Below, piece by piece: positions 37,216-47,423 of a stretch of DNA of 64,000 nt (positions within the stretch are counted from its first letter, which is position 1; every line of letters begins with the position of its first letter). A model generated the notes under the pieces. The model was not told where the DNA came from. It did no database searches and was given only the letters and a program-made list of their open reading frames with translations. The position numbers and the translations under genes are program-made. The DNA lies in contig OY729426.1 in NCBI GenBank assembly GCA_963422365.1, positions 1,088,001 to 1,152,000 of the forward strand. Direction: 5' to 3'. Source of the DNA: Nitrospirales bacterium. Lineage in GTDB: Bacteria; Nitrospirota; Nitrospiria; Nitrospirales; UBA8639.

Positions 37216-38385
37216 CTACCACTTAAAATGTTTACTGAGCGTGAGCCCTTGCTGATGATAGTTGGACCCAATGGAGGCCCCATACAGGTGTTCTGGTAGT
37301 TCTAACATTTTCTCATACACGACTTTGAAAAACGTCTGGCCGTCGTGAATCAGGAACGGCACATCATGAGGTCTGACTTCGAGCACAACCTGTGTCCCTT
37401 TTCGTGGCCCGCTGCCGACCCCAAAGCCTGGATCGAAGAACCCGGCATAGTGGGTGCGTAATTCACCACACGCAGCCTCATAGGCCACCATTTCAGTAGC
37501 ATAGCCTTCCGGCACTTTAATTCGTTCTTTTGAAGCAAGGATATAAAATTCCTGTGGTTCAAGTATGAGGGAATCACTCGTGCGTCGATAAATCGGTTCC
37601 CAAAAATCTTGAGCCGTGTAATGACCAATTTTCGAGAGATCAATGACTTGGCTGTTTTTTTTTGCCCGATAGCCAATCACGGAGTCGGGAGCCGAATGAC
37701 CTTGAAGATCAATTCGTAAAAATAGTCCATTGTCCACGCGAATCTGTCGTGAAGGTACCGGTCCATTGCCACTAGGAGGATCATCGTTGTGATAGAGCAA
37801 ATTTTCTTCTCGATATAGTTCTCGAAGTTTCTTGTCTGAAACTGTGGGACGCCGACGCCCAGTGATCAAACGCAGTTGATTCAAGGACAATCCTGTTTGA
37901 ACACGAACGGTAAAAGAGAGTGGCACAATTTCCAGATACAGGGGACCGTGGTATCCCGACCGTACTTCGTCAAACCCGACGTTCAAGTCGGTAATCATTC
38001 GAGTGAAGATATCCAGGCGTCCTGTCGAACTTTTTGGATTAGCTCGTCCTCGAATCGATTTGGGAAGGCGTAATTTTTCCAACAGCGGGACCAGATACAC
38101 ATGCCCTTTTTCCAAAATAGCCCCTTCTTCTAAGTCTAAGTCTATCTCATACATCACCAAGTTGTCTTTATAGAGATCGAGCACATTCAAACGAGTCGTG
38201 ATTTCTGATCGTTCGGGATGAAAGCTGCTCAAGAGGCGATACGCTTTTGTGCCTAGTCGTAAATCCAAGCTTGCGGGCTGAATTTGCTCATCGTCAATAG
38301 GACGGTCGGCAGGAATGGATCCTTCGACAATCAGTTGTTTGAGTTGGCGATCAGGCAGAATGCCTTGCTTACGAGGAGAAGCCAT
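37216..38385 (-). CDS. dcd: 2'-deoxycytidine 5'-triphosphate deaminase (long form)
   Basis: QIQPASLDLRLG, ANPKSSTGRLD, HYAGFFDPGFG, QGLTLSKHF. Confidence 0.88.
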   Translation of the reverse strand: MASPRKQGILPDRQLKQLIVEGSIPADRPIDDEQIQPASLDLRLGTKAYRLLSSFHPERSEITTRLNVLDLYKDNLVMYEIDLDLEEGAILEKGHVYLVPLLEKLRLPKSIRGRANPKSSTGRLDIFTRMITDLNVGFDEVRSGYHGPLYLEIVPLSFTVRVQTGLSLNQLRLITGRRRPTVSDKKLRELYREENLLYHNDDPPSGNGPVPSRQIRVDNGLFLRIDLQGHSAPDSVIGYRAKKNSQVIDLSKIGHYTAQDFWEPIYRRTSDSLILEPQEFYILASKERIKVPEGYATEMVAYEAACGELRTHYAGFFDPGFGVGSGPRKGTQVVLEVRPHDVPFLIHDGQTFFKVVYEKMLELPEHLYGASIGSNYHQQGLTLSKHFKW

Positions 38386-38387
38386 CG

Positions 38388-39515
38388 TTACCCGTCCATG
38401 GCCCCGTTGCTGCAAAGTCCCCCAAGCCTCGACGCGCCCACCATGGGCAGTTCACGCGTGCGGCCTTGGTCGGGCTGTGGGTAGTGATAGGTCTTGTTTT
38501 CGTAGTTTTTCAGCACGGCACCGTTTTCATCAAGGTTCAGCAAATAGTCATTGGGTAAAAGCGGAATTTTTCCTCCGCCTCCTGGGGCATCGATCACAAA
38601 ATGGGGAACGGCCATGCCGCTGGTATGCCCTTGGAGCGCCTGAATGATTTGTAGCCCCGTTTCCACGGTGGTGCGGAAATGGTTGGTCCCTTTGGTCAGG
38701 TCGGCCTGGTACAAATAATAGGGCTTCACGCGGGCCAGAAGGAGTTGATGCATGAGCTGTTTCATGATTTCCGGATCATCGTTCACCCCTTTCAGCAACA
38801 CCGTTTGGGCACCCAGCGGCACACCGGCGTCGGCCAAGCGCCCACAGGCTTCTTTGACTTCTGGGGTGAGTTCAGCAGGATGATTGAAATGCAAATTCAT
38901 ATAAATCGGATGATACCGTTTGACCAGCTCGCACAGTTGGGGGGTGATGCGTTGCGGGAGTGTCCCTGGTACGCGTGAACCGAATCGGATGAGTTCGAGA
39001 TGGGGGATCGTTCGGAGTGCCTTTAAAAGGCGTTCGATCAAGTGATCGGGCAACAACAAGGGATCGCCGCCCGAGAGGATGATATCCCGAACTTCGGTAT
39101 GTTCGCGGAGGTAGGCGACGGCTTGATCCAATTCGCCTTTCTTCAAAAACCCCGGTTTTCCGACTAACCGCTTGCGAGTACAAAATCGGCAATAGATCGG
39201 GCATTGATTCGTGACCATCAACAGCGCGCGGTCCGGATAGCGATGGACCAAGTGTGGGACGGGACTATCGGTGTCTTCTTCCAAGGGGTCGTCTGGTGCG
39301 TCAAAGTCCTCCATCTCAATGTCCTCTGGAACAACCTGTTTCCAAATGGCGTCCCCTTTTTCTTTGATCGTGGCGAGCACCGTGGGTGTGATGCGCATAG
39401 GATAAGGGCCCACGATCTGTTCCACTTCTTTGGGATCCACGCCGAGATGTTTCGCTAAATCTTTAGGTTTGGTGATGCTCTCGGCTAGGATACGTTTCCA
39501 ATCATCCATCTGCAT
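38388..39515 (-). CDS. KamA-family radical SAM (lysine 2,3-aminomutase-like)
   Basis: HRYPDR, CPIYCRFCTRKR, SGGDPL, HFNHP, DAPGGGGKIP. Confidence 0.92.
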   Translation of the reverse strand: MQMDDWKRILAESITKPKDLAKHLGVDPKEVEQIVGPYPMRITPTVLATIKEKGDAIWKQVVPEDIEMEDFDAPDDPLEEDTDSPVPHLVHRYPDRALLMVTNQCPIYCRFCTRKRLVGKPGFLKKGELDQAVAYLREHTEVRDIILSGGDPLLLPDHLIERLLKALRTIPHLELIRFGSRVPGTLPQRITPQLCELVKRYHPIYMNLHFNHPAELTPEVKEACGRLADAGVPLGAQTVLLKGVNDDPEIMKQLMHQLLLARVKPYYLYQADLTKGTNHFRTTVETGLQIIQALQGHTSGMAVPHFVIDAPGGGGKIPLLPNDYLLNLDENGAVLKNYENKTYHYPQPDQGRTRELPMVGASRLGGLCSNGAMDG

Positions 39516-39558
39516 TCCTCGTCAATAGGGGTGAACGTGTGGGTTGGGTGGTTCGACA

Positions 39559-39900
39559 TCAGACAGCGAGACCCCCCTCGTGGGCCGGGTTGCTCGATGA
39601 GGTCTCGATTGGGCTCTCGACGGGTTCCGGCCCATCCGGGGTGGGCCCCTTCAGGGTCGAAGCCAATGCGTCAAGGTGGTTGAGAATGTCTTGCGTTTCC
39701 TTCAGGACGGTGTCTCCATCAACCAAGACAGGAACATCATATGGTCCCGATAACTCAAATATTTGTTTTCTGAACGGACGGACCGTGGGAACCATAACAC
39801 TTTTAGACTCGATCTCCAACTCATCCAGTTGGTGACGAACCAGGGTGCATTCCGGGCACCATTCAGTATTACAACGTTATTGAGTGCCTTTTCTCTTATG
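39559..39900 (-). pseudogene. Glutaredoxin/GST-N-like protein with an apparent 5' frameshift
   Basis: In-frame upstream extension TEWCPECTLVRHQLDEL (CxxC) has no start before a TAA; VPVLVDG motif. Confidence 0.6.
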
Positions 39901-39960
39901 CGTTTCACGATCCATTCGGGCAGGCACGGGGATATGCCTTATGGCGCTTGACTTCTCTGG

Positions 39961-40041
39961 CGTTCCCGACGTTTTTAATCGGGAATCCATCCTTCTGTGT
40001 TCCTAAGAATCTTCTGGATTCCCGCTTCCGCGGGAATGACA
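39961..40041. repeat. Small palindromic repeat element (GGATTCCCGC..GCGGGAATGAC type)
   Basis: TTCCCGA..TCGGGAATCC plus GGATTCCCGCTTCCGCGGGAATGAC; related fragments at ~42748-42866. Confidence 0.65.
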
Positions 40042-40059
40042 GAAGGGAAAGAGGCGGCT

Positions 40060-41541
40060 CTACGGAGCCTGTAGCGCGCATGGTGCCAGGATGGCATCGC
40101 GCATGCCATGAATCACCTTTTTCTCCTTAGGGCAAACGGTCGCCAAAATTCCGTGAAGGGTCACCTCATCTCCAGACACAAAATAATAGGGTGACAGTCG
40201 AGCCCGCCCCTCCATGGGTTCCAGTCGTCCGGTGTGCGCATTGAAATAGGTCATCCCGTACCGTCGGCCCTTGTGAAATGGTTGGAAGACATAGGGTGTC
40301 GAGGCAAAGGCATCCAGCGCGTGCTCCAATTTTTCCGCCCATGCGGACTGCGGAATATCATGCCCAACGATCACCCCACGGCTGCCCCAAGCCAGTTCCG
40401 AAAAGCCTGAAGGCTTCAACACGCAGTGTCGCTGCTTTTGTGTCGCATGGGTGAATTGTCGCCAATCTGACACGGCCTTTCCACCAAGCGTGAGATTCGG
40501 GATGACTGCTGATGGAGGAAGAGGACGAGGGTCGACGACCCAGGTTTTGGGCATGAGCCGTCCGAGACTATGAAAGACCTCCACCCCTAGCGCGTCGGAC
40601 CAAAACCCTTCCAGCATAGGGTGATGCAAGAGCGCGAAGGCCAACTTCTCTTCCATCCAGGGCTTATACGGTGGTGTCACGCTCACCTGCCCTCTTTGGG
40701 CCTTGGACATGAGTAATGCAGATTCTGGAATATTCTCGAGATCAAAGAGTTCAAAAAATCGATAGATGAACGAAACAGGCTGTTCCCCGAAAGGGGTAGA
40801 CGTGAACAACGTCTGTTCAGTGAACCGAAGATCGCGAGGATGGACACAATAGGTTTCCAGCCCAGCGGTTCGTAGCTGGCAAGCCACCCAGACCATTTCA
40901 TTCCGGTACTCCTCAGCCTCATCAGACACCACGATGGCGAGACAGCCCGCTCCCTCGCCGAGTCGGCCTTGGAACAGCTTTGCAAAGCCTTCAATTATGC
41001 CGTTACGACCGCCAATGAGAGAATCTCCTAAGGCGCCGTAGGCGGAGGATAAGCTTCCCGTGATCCCAATGCCGCCTGGGACAGCGTCCAGTTCCGTGAT
41101 CGTCATGCCCGCCTCAGTCGGAATCACATCAGGGCGAATAACCCGAGGAATTGCCTCACGAAATCGTTTCATGCGAGCATAGTCCAACAGGGCTTCCGGC
41201 TTGCCTTGGTCGAGATAGTGGTGAACCCAGCCTGGTTGAGTGCCTTTGAGACTATCGAGATACAGTCGATTGAGTGCTTTAGAGAACGACCATAGCTGGG
41301 GGCCTAGGTTCTCAAAGAAGGAAACTTCGCTTTCAGTCAATTGAAACGGGAAGGGTGAGAGCCGCCATGCAGGTGCTGACTGTAGGGAAAAGATCCCTGA
41401 CGCTTGAAGGGCCTGTTGGACAGAACGGCATCGCTGACTCTCTTTGCGGAGGGAAGCCGTTGGAGCAGGAGATAAGGCAGAAGGGGCCGATGCGTCCGAA
41501 CACCTCTGAATCATGGGGCATGTCGCCGAGAGGTGGGCCAT
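40060..41541 (-). CDS. Conserved hypothetical ATP-grasp-like (circularly permuted / Gsp synthase-like) protein
   Basis: IRPD....ELD..PGG.G, YRFFELFD, LKPSGFS..AWGSRGV; start uncertain. Confidence 0.6.
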   Translation of the reverse strand: MAHLSATCPMIQRCSDASAPSALSPAPTASLRKESQRCRSVQQALQASGIFSLQSAPAWRLSPFPFQLTESEVSFFENLGPQLWSFSKALNRLYLDSLKGTQPGWVHHYLDQGKPEALLDYARMKRFREAIPRVIRPDVIPTEAGMTITELDAVPGGIGITGSLSSAYGALGDSLIGGRNGIIEGFAKLFQGRLGEGAGCLAIVVSDEAEEYRNEMVWVACQLRTAGLETYCVHPRDLRFTEQTLFTSTPFGEQPVSFIYRFFELFDLENIPESALLMSKAQRGQVSVTPPYKPWMEEKLAFALLHHPMLEGFWSDALGVEVFHSLGRLMPKTWVVDPRPLPPSAVIPNLTLGGKAVSDWRQFTHATQKQRHCVLKPSGFSELAWGSRGVIVGHDIPQSAWAEKLEHALDAFASTPYVFQPFHKGRRYGMTYFNAHTGRLEPMEGRARLSPYYFVSGDEVTLHGILATVCPKEKKVIHGMRDAILAPCALQAP

Positions 41542-41722
41542 GAGAAAGTGATACCGGGATAGATCGTAATAATGGAGTGTGCCTGAATGGAGGATGGATA
41601 TTGGCAGAGCTCGTAGGATGACAACAGACTCAAATGATACCATGACCTCTTTGAGCGAGACAAGCGACGATCCTCATGGCGTGCCTGGTCACGATTCCCT
41701 GTAGGGCGGCATCTTGAATGTA

Positions 41723-41783
41723 TTTGTAGGGCCGCGCATCTCATGCGGCTCAGAAGAGGCCGGATGAGATCCCGCCCTACAAA
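41723..41783. repeat. GTAG-type REPIN-like element
   Basis: TTTGTAGGG-CCGCGCATCTCATGCGGC...GATGAGAT-CCCGCCCTACAAA, with inverted ends. Confidence 0.7.
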
Positions 41784-41927
41784 GAGATCTTGTGCCGTAT
41801 CGAGAACGGTTCTTGTCCATCGTCGGGACCCCACGTATAATAGATCCTCACAGGCGAACCCTCCATCAAGTGGCCTCATCAATCGAAGCATGCCCTCGAC
41901 TCCGATCTGGAAGGAAGCAGACAACAC

Positions 41928-42740
41928 GTGAAAGGACACGAAATCGACATCGAACAATATTGGATCAACGAAGAGCCGTTTTATGAAGAGATCAACGGCG
42001 AAGTCGGTCTCGTCATTATTGCGGCTCAACGGCATCTGCCGGTGATGCTGAAAGGCCCGACGGGCTGTGGAAAGACCCGTTTTGTGCAACATCTGGCTTA
42101 CCGATTGAGGCGTCCGCTTATTACGGTCGCCTGCCATGAGGATTTGACCGCATCTGATTTGGTCGGCCGCTATCTCCTCAAAGGTGAAGAAACCGTGTGG
42201 ATTGACGGCCCCTTGACCCTTGGGGTGAAGCATGGGGCCATCGTCTACTTAGATGAAATCGTCGAAGCCAGAAAAGATACGACGGTGGTCGTGCACCCGC
42301 TCAGTGACGATCGTCGGTTTCTGCCGATCGAAAAACGTGGACAGGTTATCGAAGCAGTCGATGACTTTCTGCTTGTGATTTCCTACAACCCCGGCTATCA
42401 GAGTGTGCTCAAAGAATTAAAGCAAAGCACGAAACAGCGTTTTATGGCGATTGAATTTACGTATCCCCCTGCTGAGATTGAAACGAAAATTATCGAGCAT
42501 GAAGCCGGTGTCTCCAAAGACGTGGCCCAAAAGCTCGTCAAACTGGGTGGCAAGGTGAGGAATTTGCGCAACCATGGGCTCGAAGAAGGCGTCAGCACCC
42601 GACTGCTCATTTACGCCGGAACCTTGATACGGCAAGGTGTCGCCCCCGAGCGGGCTTGTCATGCTGCAGTGATTCAGCCGATCACGGACGATTTCGATAT
42701 GCATCGCAGTATTCAAGAGCTGGTGAGAGCAATTTTTTAA
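41928..42740 (+). CDS. CbbQ/NirQ/NorQ-family AAA+ ATPase
   Basis: [41 protein letters not shown]. Confidence 0.92.
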   Translation: MKGHEIDIEQYWINEEPFYEEINGEVGLVIIAAQRHLPVMLKGPTGCGKTRFVQHLAYRLRRPLITVACHEDLTASDLVGRYLLKGEETVWIDGPLTLGVKHGAIVYLDEIVEARKDTTVVVHPLSDDRRFLPIEKRGQVIEAVDDFLLVISYNPGYQSVLKELKQSTKQRFMAIEFTYPPAEIETKIIEHEAGVSKDVAQKLVKLGGKVRNLRNHGLEEGVSTRLLIYAGTLIRQGVAPERACHAAVIQPITDDFDMHRSIQELVRAIF

Positions 42741-42887
42741 AGGATGACATCGGGAATCCAGTCATCTGTCAGTACCGGAATCTGTCGCTCAACAACCGAA
42801 TGCCTTGAAAGCCGATTCTTTACTTCGTTCAGGATGACAATGTCGGCTCGTTGCTCAGGGTGACAAAGAGGCGTTTCCAGATCCCTC

Positions 42888-43766
42888 ATGGCGGAACCAC
42901 AAAACATTATCGCGATCGTCTACGATTTTGATCTTACGTTAAGCCCGCATTACATGCAGAACCAAACGATTCTGCCCCATGCCAAGATTACGCCTCAAGA
43001 ATTCTGGGACAGCTGTACCGCGCTTATCAAACAAGAAGGGTATGATCAGGAGCTCGCCTATATGAAGCGGATGCTCGATTATAAGGCGATCCGATCCTTG
43101 TCGAACCACGATCTTCAACAGATGGGGACGAAACTCACATTTTTCCCTGGGGTGCCCGATTGTTTCGGCGAATTGAACACCATTGTCCAGCAACCTCACT
43201 ATGAGGAGTGGGACATCCATCTTGAGCATTATGTGGTCAGTTCAGGGCTGAAGGCGATACTGGCGGGCAGCGAGGTAGCCAAGTGTGTCAAAGCCATGTG
43301 GGGGTGTGAGTTTGCGGAAGCAGACGGTCACATTAGTTTTCCAAAGCGGACCATTAGTCATACCGAAAAAACCCAATATTTATTTCGGGTCAACAAAAAT
43401 CTCCTGAACGCGAATCAAAATGTGAATGACCACATGCCCGAAGAAGTCAGACGAGTGCCATTTCGTCATATGATTTACGTGGGTGATGGCCCGACTGATG
43501 TTCCGTGTTTTACCGTCATCAAAAATTACGGGGGGCTGGCCGTTGCGGTGTATAATCCGGACGATCCCGACGGACAGTCTTTTAAAAAATGTTACGACCT
43601 CATGCTGCATGCGAACCGGGTCCACATTATGGCCCCTGCCGATTATCGACAAGGCAGTCATCTTCGCTTAATCTTAGAACGGCATCTGACTGAAATCGCC
43701 GATCGTATCGTCGAACGCCGTCGACGAGGCATTGACGCCACTCGGGTGGCTGCTCCTCCGCCGTAG
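42888..43766 (+). CDS. HAD-like hydrolase
   Basis: YDFDLTL, VSSG, KTQYLF, YVGDGPTDVPC. Confidence 0.85.
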   Translation: MAEPQNIIAIVYDFDLTLSPHYMQNQTILPHAKITPQEFWDSCTALIKQEGYDQELAYMKRMLDYKAIRSLSNHDLQQMGTKLTFFPGVPDCFGELNTIVQQPHYEEWDIHLEHYVVSSGLKAILAGSEVAKCVKAMWGCEFAEADGHISFPKRTISHTEKTQYLFRVNKNLLNANQNVNDHMPEEVRRVPFRHMIYVGDGPTDVPCFTVIKNYGGLAVAVYNPDDPDGQSFKKCYDLMLHANRVHIMAPADYRQGSHLRLILERHLTEIADRIVERRRRGIDATRVAAPPP

Positions 43767-43893
43767 GGGGGGCTCGCGCGACTCAACGGTCTTGATTCCT
43801 TCCTCTCTTGTCTCTTGGATCCTTCCGTTGCGGAAACGTCCCAAGAGGGATAAAGTAAATACAGAAAAATCCCTAGACTAGGGGAGGTGCCTC

Positions 43894-44544
43894 GTGAAAA
43901 AGCAATCATCTTTCCCAGATAGTCCAGACTCTCATCGTACCAATCGATACCTAAGCCTCATCAGCCGTTCGTTCCTCCTTTTCGCCTTGGTTGTTCCCTC
44001 AATCGTCTGGGGGGAAGAAACGAAAGGGTTGGCCCCCAAGGCTGCCACAAAGGAGAGTGAGGGAAGTGTGACGACACAGACCGAACTCATGGCGTTGGAT
44101 CAAAGAAATTGGCAGCGTCCGCAATCAGCCTTTAAATGGATTGCCATGGCTCGGGATATCAAAATTCCCTGGGATACGTTTGGACGACAGGGGTGGATGA
44201 CGGATGATGCCTATGTGGAACCAGTGGCTCCTGGGGTTTCCGAATTTTCTTCGGATACGGAAATATTTTATCTCGTCTTTGCCGTGTCGGCCCTGGATGC
44301 GCCGTCTCAGTATCGAGCGGCGTGGTATCACATGCCGGATGGACACATCCCTTCAAAAGAACTGACGGGAACCGATGCCCTGTTTATGGAAATGAACGAA
44401 AAAGCAGGGTACCTCGAAATCTTTCGCCCTGAAGGCGGCTGGAAAAAGGGGAAGTATTTGCTCAAGCTCTATTTCGAGAGTCCGGGGCAAGAACTTTACG
44501 ACCCCAACGTCATCGGCACCATGGAATTTACAATCACGGATTGA
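43894..44544 (+). CDS. Hypothetical exported protein
   Basis: GGAGG RBS, signal-like segment, beta-rich C-terminus. Confidence 0.6.
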   Translation: MKKQSSFPDSPDSHRTNRYLSLISRSFLLFALVVPSIVWGEETKGLAPKAATKESEGSVTTQTELMALDQRNWQRPQSAFKWIAMARDIKIPWDTFGRQGWMTDDAYVEPVAPGVSEFSSDTEIFYLVFAVSALDAPSQYRAAWYHMPDGHIPSKELTGTDALFMEMNEKAGYLEIFRPEGGWKKGKYLLKLYFESPGQELYDPNVIGTMEFTITD

Positions 44545-44584
44545 TCGGCGTGTCCGTCCCGTGAACGGCCGCGCGATCTTCGCT

Positions 44585-44692
44585 TGCCTTCTTCCCCTTC
44601 TTTTGTCGCGACGGCCATCTCATGGCGCTTGCCGCTAGCGGCAGAAGATAGTGTCCTACAGGGAAAGGCCGCATGAGATTCGGCCCTACAAA
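44585..44692 (-). repeat. GTAG-type REPIN-like element (reverse orientation)
   Basis: Reverse complement GTAGGGCCGAATCTCATGCGGC..ATGAGATGGC..GCGACAAAAGA.GGGAAGAAGGC closely matches 50429-50503. Confidence 0.7.
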
Positions 44693-44729
44693 GACATTTG
44701 AGAACGACGGCGTCCTGAAGGGGAAGAGC

Positions 44730-46343
44730 TTACGGGGTGAGCGACGATTTCCTCCGCGTCGCCGTTCGTGACCGCAAAAGTTCTTCCAGTGTCAGCAACG
44801 CCTCCCGGCCCGAGTTGGCCTGAATGCCCTGGGAGAGACTTTCGTCGGCATAGGTGTGGCCGTGATCCTGCGTGGCGCTTTGACTGAGGCTCCCGGACCA
44901 GTGACGCGGGTCACGACTGCCGTGTTTCTTGTTCCACGCTGTGAGGCAAGCTTTCGCAATCAATGTGTTGAGCGGAGCGGGATTGTAAAGTAATTTTTTC
45001 ACGTTCCAGGGCGCGAGGCTGAGTGGATTGTAGCCTGCCGAAAGATAGCCATCCGACAAGAGCCGCTGTTCCAAATCCGTATTCGGTTGAATGCCAAGAA
45101 AGAACATCAAGGGGAACACGCGATCGTCTCCAAGAATCGACGCGACGACTTTATACGACTCAATGCTTTGCAGCAGCGTCTCTTCGGTTTCCTCTGGAGA
45201 GTTGAGCGAATAGTTGAGAATCACACGACCTGAAAAGCCTGCCTCTTGCAAATAGCGACAGCCGTCATACAGGTGCTCGAGTTTGAATCCCATGTGCAAG
45301 CTGTTGAGCACCTTCTGTGAGCCTGCGGTAATCGCGACCTCCAAATCACCCACCCCGGAGTTGACCATGAGCTTCGCCATCTCGGCTGAAATGAGCGACG
45401 TGCGCACGTAGCCCGACCATTCAATCTCCAAGCCTTCCCGAATAATCCGTTCTAAGATTTCCGTGCATTGCGGATACGCATCTTTTCCCGTAATGAATTG
45501 CGCATCGGTAAACCAAAAGCGACGCGCTCCCCATTGATGGTAGTACTGCGAAATATCATTCACGACGTTTTGGGCCGGTCGATAGCGAACGCGCTTTCCC
45601 TCGATATAGGGGTAGAGACAAAAGGCGCAGTCATAGGGACAGCCCCGTTTAGTTTGCACCCCGATACACTCATCCACGTATTCCGCGTACTGTGGAAAAA
45701 TCGAGGTCAGATAGGGAAGATCGACTGTCAACGAATCCAGCAGGGCCGGCGTATGTTTCGAGCCTTTGGTGACGTGTCCGTTTGTTTTGATGATGACACG
45801 TTCGTCGGTCAGGGGCTCATCGTTTAAGACTTTGAGGATCGCATCCTCCCCTTCGCCTAAAATGCCGAGTATGTCTTCAGGGAGTTTTTCAATCAGTTGA
45901 TCGGCAAACGCCGTGAAGGCGCCGCCTCCGATCATCAGGCGGGCATTCGGGAACTCTTGATGAATGAGCCACGGGTACGAAAGGTTCGAACGGATGTCCT
46001 GGTAGTACCGATAGAGATTCTTGAGGCCGTGAAAGGAGGCCGCGATACGCTTGAAGGGATTGCCGGCATAGTAGAAGTTAAATGCCTGCTCCAACGACGC
46101 ATCGCCTTCGTGGGGTGAAAAAATCTGAATATCGCGCCACGAAAAACATACCAGGTCGGGCTTGAATCGTTGTACCGTCTCCCGCAACGCGCGAGACCGC
46201 GCAGCACGGGGAAACAACGAGAGATCCAAAATATGCTGACGAACGTCCGGACGGCGTCGGTGAATGAAGTCGGCTAAATACGTAATGCCGGTCGGGTAGA
46301 CCTTTTTACACGGCAGAAACACGTAGAGGAGGGAATTTATCAC
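44730..46343 (-). CDS. B12-binding-like radical SAM protein, Slr0320-like family
   Basis: LPC..VYP.G..YL, FSWRDIQIF.P, GVQTKRGCPYDCAFCLYPYIEG, FWFTDAQF. Confidence 0.8.
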   Translation of the reverse strand: MINSLLYVFLPCKKVYPTGITYLADFIHRRRPDVRQHILDLSLFPRAARSRALRETVQRFKPDLVCFSWRDIQIFSPHEGDASLEQAFNFYYAGNPFKRIAASFHGLKNLYRYYQDIRSNLSYPWLIHQEFPNARLMIGGGAFTAFADQLIEKLPEDILGILGEGEDAILKVLNDEPLTDERVIIKTNGHVTKGSKHTPALLDSLTVDLPYLTSIFPQYAEYVDECIGVQTKRGCPYDCAFCLYPYIEGKRVRYRPAQNVVNDISQYYHQWGARRFWFTDAQFITGKDAYPQCTEILERIIREGLEIEWSGYVRTSLISAEMAKLMVNSGVGDLEVAITAGSQKVLNSLHMGFKLEHLYDGCRYLQEAGFSGRVILNYSLNSPEETEETLLQSIESYKVVASILGDDRVFPLMFFLGIQPNTDLEQRLLSDGYLSAGYNPLSLAPWNVKKLLYNPAPLNTLIAKACLTAWNKKHGSRDPRHWSGSLSQSATQDHGHTYADESLSQGIQANSGREALLTLEELLRSRTATRRKSSLTP

Positions 46344-46346
46344 CCC

Positions 46347-47114
46347 TTACTTTACAGCCACGTGAATGGCCACGATCCCACCGCTCAGATTGTGATAGTC
46401 CACCTGCGCAAAGCCGGCTTCTCGAAGCATGGCGGCCAAGTGTTCTTGATGGGGAAAGGTTCGAATGGATTCAGGCAGATAGTGGTACACAGCCGTGTGA
46501 TCCTTAGCGACCCAGGTGCCGATTGTGGGAAGGAGGTGAAAGGAGTACCAGTCATAGACTGGCCGAAGCCAGGCCAAAACCGGCCGAGAAAATTCAAGAC
46601 ACACAAAACGGCCTCCTGGTTTGAGCACGCGGTAAATTTCGTGAAAGGCCAGTGCCCGGTCTCCGACGTTACGAATGCAAAAGCCGGCGGTGACCGCATC
46701 AAAGGTGTCATCGTGAAACACGATCCGTTCGGCGTTCCCTTGCAAACAGGCGATGTGGCCGGCTAATCTGCGCCGAGTGATCTTCTCCGCACCGACTTGT
46801 AACATAGCCTCATTTAAGTCCATCGCCACGACCCTGCCGTGCTTCCCCATCCGGCGGTTCAGCAACAAGGCAAGATCTCCCGTTCCCGAGCCTAGGTCCA
46901 AGGCTCGCCCCTGCGTGCAGACCGGCACATGGCGTACGGCCAGCACTTTCCATCGATAATGCAGTCCGAAACTCAGCAGGGAATTGTTGAGGTCATACCG
47001 CTTGGCAATTGCGGTAAACATGCGCTGCACGGCCTGTTCCCGAGGCGCACCAACCCATTGGGACACCGTCTTCCCCGCTGAGGCGCCAACAGAATTGTCC
47101 ACGGCTGGTAACAT
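46347..47114 (-). CDS. ubiE: UbiE/MenG-family quinone methyltransferase
   Basis: MFTAIAKRYDLNN..LSFGLH..W, DLGSGTGD, CLEFS, YLPESI..FP. Confidence 0.88.
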   Translation of the reverse strand: MLPAVDNSVGASAGKTVSQWVGAPREQAVQRMFTAIAKRYDLNNSLLSFGLHYRWKVLAVRHVPVCTQGRALDLGSGTGDLALLLNRRMGKHGRVVAMDLNEAMLQVGAEKITRRRLAGHIACLQGNAERIVFHDDTFDAVTAGFCIRNVGDRALAFHEIYRVLKPGGRFVCLEFSRPVLAWLRPVYDWYSFHLLPTIGTWVAKDHTAVYHYLPESIRTFPHQEHLAAMLREAGFAQVDYHNLSGGIVAIHVAVK

Positions 47115-47423
47115 GGGCAGGAGGTAGCACCGCCCAGCGGGTTTGTCAAGGCGAGTGGGGACATCATCGTCCGCGAAATGACGTGTGGAGTGGCCCCGCT
47201 CATGTTGCTCCCTATTTGTCGCTACCGCATCCCCCTGTCGGAGCAGGAGACAAACTCATGCTGCCAAAACAGGCAGTGTAAGATGCCGCCAAAGAATAGA
47301 TAACGCCGGAGCGGCTCGTGCATCACTCGTCATTCGCTGCAAAAAAGACTTGAATACCCCCCCCTAAAATCCAGCGACCTTTTTACCCGTTCAGTGCAAT
47401 CTACAACACCGGAAGGATGAGTG

